From Pseudoalteromonas tetraodonis (lineage in GTDB: Bacteria; Pseudomonadota; Gammaproteobacteria; Enterobacterales; Alteromonadaceae): DNA of 32,000 nt. Shown piece by piece: positions 28,362 through 32,000 of this stretch (within the stretch, counting starts at the first letter, position 1; every line of letters begins with the position of its first letter). Under the pieces are notes generated by a model. That model was not told the DNA's origin. It was given only the letters and a program-made list of their open reading frames with translations, and ran no database searches. The stretch is from contig NZ_CP011041.1 of the NCBI RefSeq assembly GCF_002310835.1, forward strand, positions 2,520,001 to 2,552,000, in the 5' to 3' direction. Both the position numbers and the translations under genes were made by a program.

Positions 28362-30149
28362 TTATTTACCAACTTTCAAAATGGCTAAGAACGCTTCTTG
28401 AGGCACTTCAACGTTACCAAGTTGCTTCATTCGCTTTTTACCATCTTTTTGTTTTTGAAGTAATTTCTTCTTACGGCTCACGTCACCACCGTAACATTTA
28501 GCGATTACGTTTTTACGTAGTTGCTTAACAGTTGTTCGGGCGATTACATGTTGACCAATTGCTGCCTGAATCGCAATATCAAACATTTGACGTGGTATAA
28601 GTTCTTTTAACGCATCAGCAAGCTGTCGACCACGTGATTGTGCGCTGTCGCGGTGAACAATGATAGCCAATGCATCCACACGCTCGCCATTGATAAGTAT
28701 ATCTACACGTACCATGTCTGAAGTTTGGAAATGCTTAAAGTTATAATCAAGCGAGGCAAAACCACGGCTTGTTGATTTTAGCTTATCAAAGAAGTCCATT
28801 ACCACTTCAGCCATTGGCAGTTCATACGTTACTGCAACTTGCTTACCGTGATAACTCATTTTAGTTTGCATACCGCGCTTATCAACACATAAGGTGATTA
28901 CGCTGCCTAAGTACTCTTGTGGAACTAAAATATTAGCTTCTACAACCGGCTCACGTATCTCTAAAATATCGTTAACTGGCGGAAGATCAGACGGGTTATC
29001 AATTTGCGTCGTGCCCTCTTTAGTTACGACCTCATAAATAACCGTTGGTGCTGTGGTGATTAAATCAATGTCGTATTCACGCTCTAAACGCTCTTGGATA
29101 ATTTCCATGTGTAACATGCCCAAGAATCCACAACGGAAACCAAACCCTAACGCAGTTGAATTTTCTGGTTCAAAGAATAACGAGGCATCGTTTAAGCTAA
29201 GTTTGTTAAGGGCATCGCGGAATGACTCGTAATCATCAGAGGCTATTGGGAACATACCCGCATAAACTTGCGGCTTAATTTTTTGAAAACCAGGTAAGCG
29301 CAGTGGTGCCGCATTTTTTTGATGAGTAATGGTATCACCCACCGGTGCACCATGTATTTCTTTGATACCAGCAATAACAAAGCCTACTTCACCAGTGCGT
29401 AAAACACCGGTGTTAGTTTGTTTAGGCGTAAAAATCCCCACATGATCTGCGGTATGAACGTTCTCGTTTGACATGATTTTAATTTTGTCGCCAGCGCGAA
29501 GTTCGCCATGTTTGATACGCACTAGCGATACAACGCCTTGGTACGGGTCAAACCAAGAATCGATAATTAGCGCTTGTAATGGCGCGTCTTTATCACCAAC
29601 TGGTGGCGGTACATCTTTAACGATCATTTCAAGTACTTCAGCAATACCTACACCTGTTTTGGCGCTACATTGCACGGCATCAAGGGCATCAATACCAATA
29701 ATGTCTTCAATTTCTTCGGCTACACGTAATGGATCAGCTTGCGGTAAATCAATTTTATTAAGTACCGGTATAACTTCTAAGTCCATTTCAATGGCGGTGT
29801 AACAGTTTGCTAATGTTTGCGCTTCTACGCCTTGACCAGCATCAACAACGAGCAGTGCCCCTTCACAAGCCGCTAACGAACGCGATACTTCATAGGTAAA
29901 GTCAACGTGCCCAGGGGTGTCGATAAAGTTAAGCTGGTAAGTTTCACCATCATTCGCTTTATAATTTAAGGTTACACTTTGTGCCTTGATGGTAATGCCA
30001 CGTTCACGTTCAATATCCATTGAATCCAGAACTTGCTTCTGCATTTCACGGTCGGTTAAACCACCACAAACTTGGATCAAACGGTCAGAAAGGGTCGATT
30101 TACCATGGTCAATGTGGGCGATGATCGAAAAATTACGGATATGCTTCAT
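28362..30149 (-). CDS. lepA: Elongation factor 4
   Basis: [20 protein letters not shown] and DTPGHVDF. 595 aa. The conserved lepA-lepB order also fits. Confidence 0.98.
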   Translation of the reverse strand: MKHIRNFSIIAHIDHGKSTLSDRLIQVCGGLTDREMQKQVLDSMDIERERGITIKAQSVTLNYKANDGETYQLNFIDTPGHVDFTYEVSRSLAACEGALLVVDAGQGVEAQTLANCYTAIEMDLEVIPVLNKIDLPQADPLRVAEEIEDIIGIDALDAVQCSAKTGVGIAEVLEMIVKDVPPPVGDKDAPLQALIIDSWFDPYQGVVSLVRIKHGELRAGDKIKIMSNENVHTADHVGIFTPKQTNTGVLRTGEVGFVIAGIKEIHGAPVGDTITHQKNAAPLRLPGFQKIKPQVYAGMFPIASDDYESFRDALNKLSLNDASLFFEPENSTALGFGFRCGFLGMLHMEIIQERLEREYDIDLITTAPTVIYEVVTKEGTTQIDNPSDLPPVNDILEIREPVVEANILVPQEYLGSVITLCVDKRGMQTKMSYHGKQVAVTYELPMAEVVMDFFDKLKSTSRGFASLDYNFKHFQTSDMVRVDILINGERVDALAIIVHRDSAQSRGRQLADALKELIPRQMFDIAIQAAIGQHVIARTTVKQLRKNVIAKCYGGDVSRKKKLLQKQKDGKKRMKQLGNVEVPQEAFLAILKVGK

Positions 30150-30199
30150 AAACTGGATTCTAAACTTCTATTTTAAAAGACTAAGGCCATATGCCTAAA

Positions 30200-30234
30200 T
30201 AACTTGAAAATACTTGCTGTGTATTTTCAAGTTA
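30200..30234 (-). terminator. Perfect 14-bp inverted repeat between rseC and lepA (possible operon terminator or binding site)
   Basis: TAACTTGAAAATAC (30200-30213), a 7-nt loop, then GTATTTTCAAGTTA (30221-30234). On the minus strand the stem is followed only by AUUUAGG, a weak U tract, and the stem is AT-rich. Confidence 0.4.
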
Positions 30235-30271
30235 CTGTGGCATAAAAACGCAATTTTACATTTAATTGGCG

Positions 30272-30721
30272 TCAATCACCATCTATTTGAGTTAAAGGGA
30301 GGCTAATTGGATGAATTTTTATCACTTTTATCTCATGTCTTAATGATTTCACCCATGTTTTAGCAATTAAAAAGCCGGTGATCCCACCCAATATCGCGGC
30401 TAAAATTTGCCAGCCTTCGGCTAACAATATCAATTCACTGGCTATTAAAGCGAATATTAAACTCAAAAACAAAGGCAGCATGTAAACTGCAAAGGCATGC
30501 TTTACAACATGGCTATCATCCAATGACAAAGTTACTTTTTGGCCTATTTCTAACTGTGTTTCAAATTTATAAGGTAATGTTTTTTTGGCGGTACCAAATA
30601 ACTTACTAAACACTTGTGAGCCACAACGTCCATTACAGCCTTCACAGGCCTGTTTTTGTTGGGCTTCTAAATGCGCAACGTGGCCACTAAGGGCCACGAC
30701 GGTTAACGTTTGTTCAATCAT
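30272..30721 (-). CDS. rseC: SoxR-reducing system / sigma-E regulatory protein RseC
   Basis: 149 aa with an N-terminal cysteine motif CEGCNGRCGS and two C-terminal transmembrane helices (ILGGITGFLIAK, compare E. coli ILGGIGGFLIAR). It follows rseB. Confidence 0.88.
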   Translation of the reverse strand: MIEQTLTVVALSGHVAHLEAQQKQACEGCNGRCGSQVFSKLFGTAKKTLPYKFETQLEIGQKVTLSLDDSHVVKHAFAVYMLPLFLSLIFALIASELILLAEGWQILAAILGGITGFLIAKTWVKSLRHEIKVIKIHPISLPLTQIDGD

Positions 30722-30733
30722 AGTTTAGTTACT

Positions 30734-31687
30734 TTATAATGCCCGCGATACAGACTCAGCAATGGCTTTGGCACTCATGGTTGGAATGTTTCCCACCACA
30801 GAGACATCAAAATTTCCGCCGTTGTGTACATAAATCGTAGTTGCCCCTGAGGTGAGGGCACCGCTTAAACGCTTACCCGGTAGTGGTCGTTGTACAAACA
30901 CCGATACTTCAACAAACCCATCAGAAAATAAATAATAATCTGTTAATTCATTATTTAAGTCGAGCTTATGCCTGTCTGACTTAAGTAATTCAAACCCCTC
31001 AGGTAACCAGCCAATAGTCCAGTTCATGGCATTCGCTTTAGTTTGTTCATCAATTGAATTGGCAGGTAATGGGGTTGGAAAGTTACGATTAAGCACTTCT
31101 AATAATAAGTTTGCCGGTTGCTCAGTCACGCTAATATGAGTGAGCTGTAATTGCTCAAGCGCTTCACCTTGATGATTAACATACGCCGCTTTTAATAATA
31201 ACGACGACTCAGTATCAATCCATATCCAATAGTTGTATTTATCTTCGTTTTTAGATTCAATTCGAACTAATTGCGCAGGACGCCCAGCAATACGGCCTTT
31301 ACCACCAAGCACAAAATCATAATGCGCACTTAAGCGGTTAATATCTTTAAAAAGCACTTCAGGAATAGGGCCGGCAATTGAGTCGGTTGTTAGTGAATAC
31401 GGCTCTGATTGTGGCTCAAAATAGGTAACTTGGTTGTCAATGCGGATCATTTCAAGGCCAGCACCGTTGAGTAAACTCAAATGCTCAAGCTCAACGTCCC
31501 CCTGTTTAGCATGCACCCAACGGTAGGGCTCCATACTTTTGCCTTTAACAACAACAAAAGAGGCATCAAAATTACGTGTATGAACTGCACTGGCCATTTC
31601 AAGCAGTAAATCTTTAGCGGGGTTTGTGTCATTGGCAAAAGCATTAAAACTTAACACCAACGACATAACAAAAGTTATTACTTTCAT
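30734..31687 (-). CDS. rseB: Sigma-E regulatory protein RseB (MucB family)
   Basis: 317 aa with a signal peptide. It sits at the conserved position between rseA and rseC, and its length and overall pattern are MucB/RseB-like. Confidence 0.88.
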   Translation of the reverse strand: MKVITFVMSLVLSFNAFANDTNPAKDLLLEMASAVHTRNFDASFVVVKGKSMEPYRWVHAKQGDVELEHLSLLNGAGLEMIRIDNQVTYFEPQSEPYSLTTDSIAGPIPEVLFKDINRLSAHYDFVLGGKGRIAGRPAQLVRIESKNEDKYNYWIWIDTESSLLLKAAYVNHQGEALEQLQLTHISVTEQPANLLLEVLNRNFPTPLPANSIDEQTKANAMNWTIGWLPEGFELLKSDRHKLDLNNELTDYYLFSDGFVEVSVFVQRPLPGKRLSGALTSGATTIYVHNGGNFDVSVVGNIPTMSAKAIAESVSRAL

Positions 31688-31691
31688 CTAA

Positions 31692-32000
31692 TTAGTTTTT
31701 TTCCTCTTGTGACGTTTCATCTGTTTTCGCAGTTTTCAACGAATGAGCCACACGTGCTTGACGCTGGTGTTCAAGTACTAGAGCGCCAATACGTTGCTGT
31801 TGAAGCTCTCGTAAGCCTTGCTCTGCGTTCTCTAGCGCCGGTGCTGATGAATAACTCACTGGCGATGCCATGCCGGTTAACGGCGTGGTTTGTAATAAAG
31901 GAATTTCGTTTTGCACAGCATCTTCACCTTGCGGCAAGGTGTTCACGCCAACAATAGTAAACATTGCCACGCTAGCTGCAATTGCTAACTGCGCAACCGG
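31692..32000 (-). CDS. rseA: Anti-sigma-E factor RseA, C-terminal (periplasmic) part; the gene runs off the right edge
   Basis: The frame stays open to position 32000 (..PVAQLAIAASVAMFTIVGV is the transmembrane helix). A Gln-rich periplasmic tail follows. It lies directly upstream of rseB. Confidence 0.8.
   Translation of the reverse strand, partial: PVAQLAIAASVAMFTIVGVNTLPQGEDAVQNEIPLLQTTPLTGMASPVSYSSAPALENAEQGLRELQQQRIGALVLEHQRQARVAHSLKTAKTDETSQEEKN

Overview
The window is almost entirely a conserved gammaproteobacterial chromosomal backbone. It is visibly AT-rich, and gene content and protein sequences look like a marine Alteromonadales or Pseudoalteromonas-type genome; that taxonomic call is inference only. 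Nearly all genes are on the minus strand.

Three blocks that are well known from E. coli K-12 but lie at separate loci there are joined here:
- galU, then thyA-lgt-(TauE permease)-ptsP-rppH, divergent from mutH.
- eno-pyrG-mazG-relA-rlmD, divergent from barA.
- pdxJ-recO-era-rnc-lepB-lepA-rseC-rseB-rseA (rseA runs off the right edge).

The only clearly accessory content is:
- A chaperone-usher pilus operon at the left edge (1-3418), with two DUF4402/SCPU-like secreted subunits, a PapD-like chaperone and an usher that runs off the window.
- Two tandem SPOR-domain lipoprotein paralogues (3556-5125).
- An AT-rich prolyl-4-hydroxylase-like 2OG-Fe(II) oxygenase with an unrecognisable N-terminal half (12824-13804), sitting at the mutH|eno synteny junction.

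The most interesting non-coding signal is in the unusually long (about 530 bp) rppH-mutH spacer. A perfect and a near-perfect DnaA box converge 5 bp apart, with two weaker flanking boxes. This is the same intergenic position as the E. coli DnaA-reactivating sequence DARS2.

I found no CRISPR array, tRNA or rRNA, transposase, integrase, phage gene or recognisable defence system. I cannot honestly point to a clear novel multi-gene system in this window; the items in the findings list are the best candidates.
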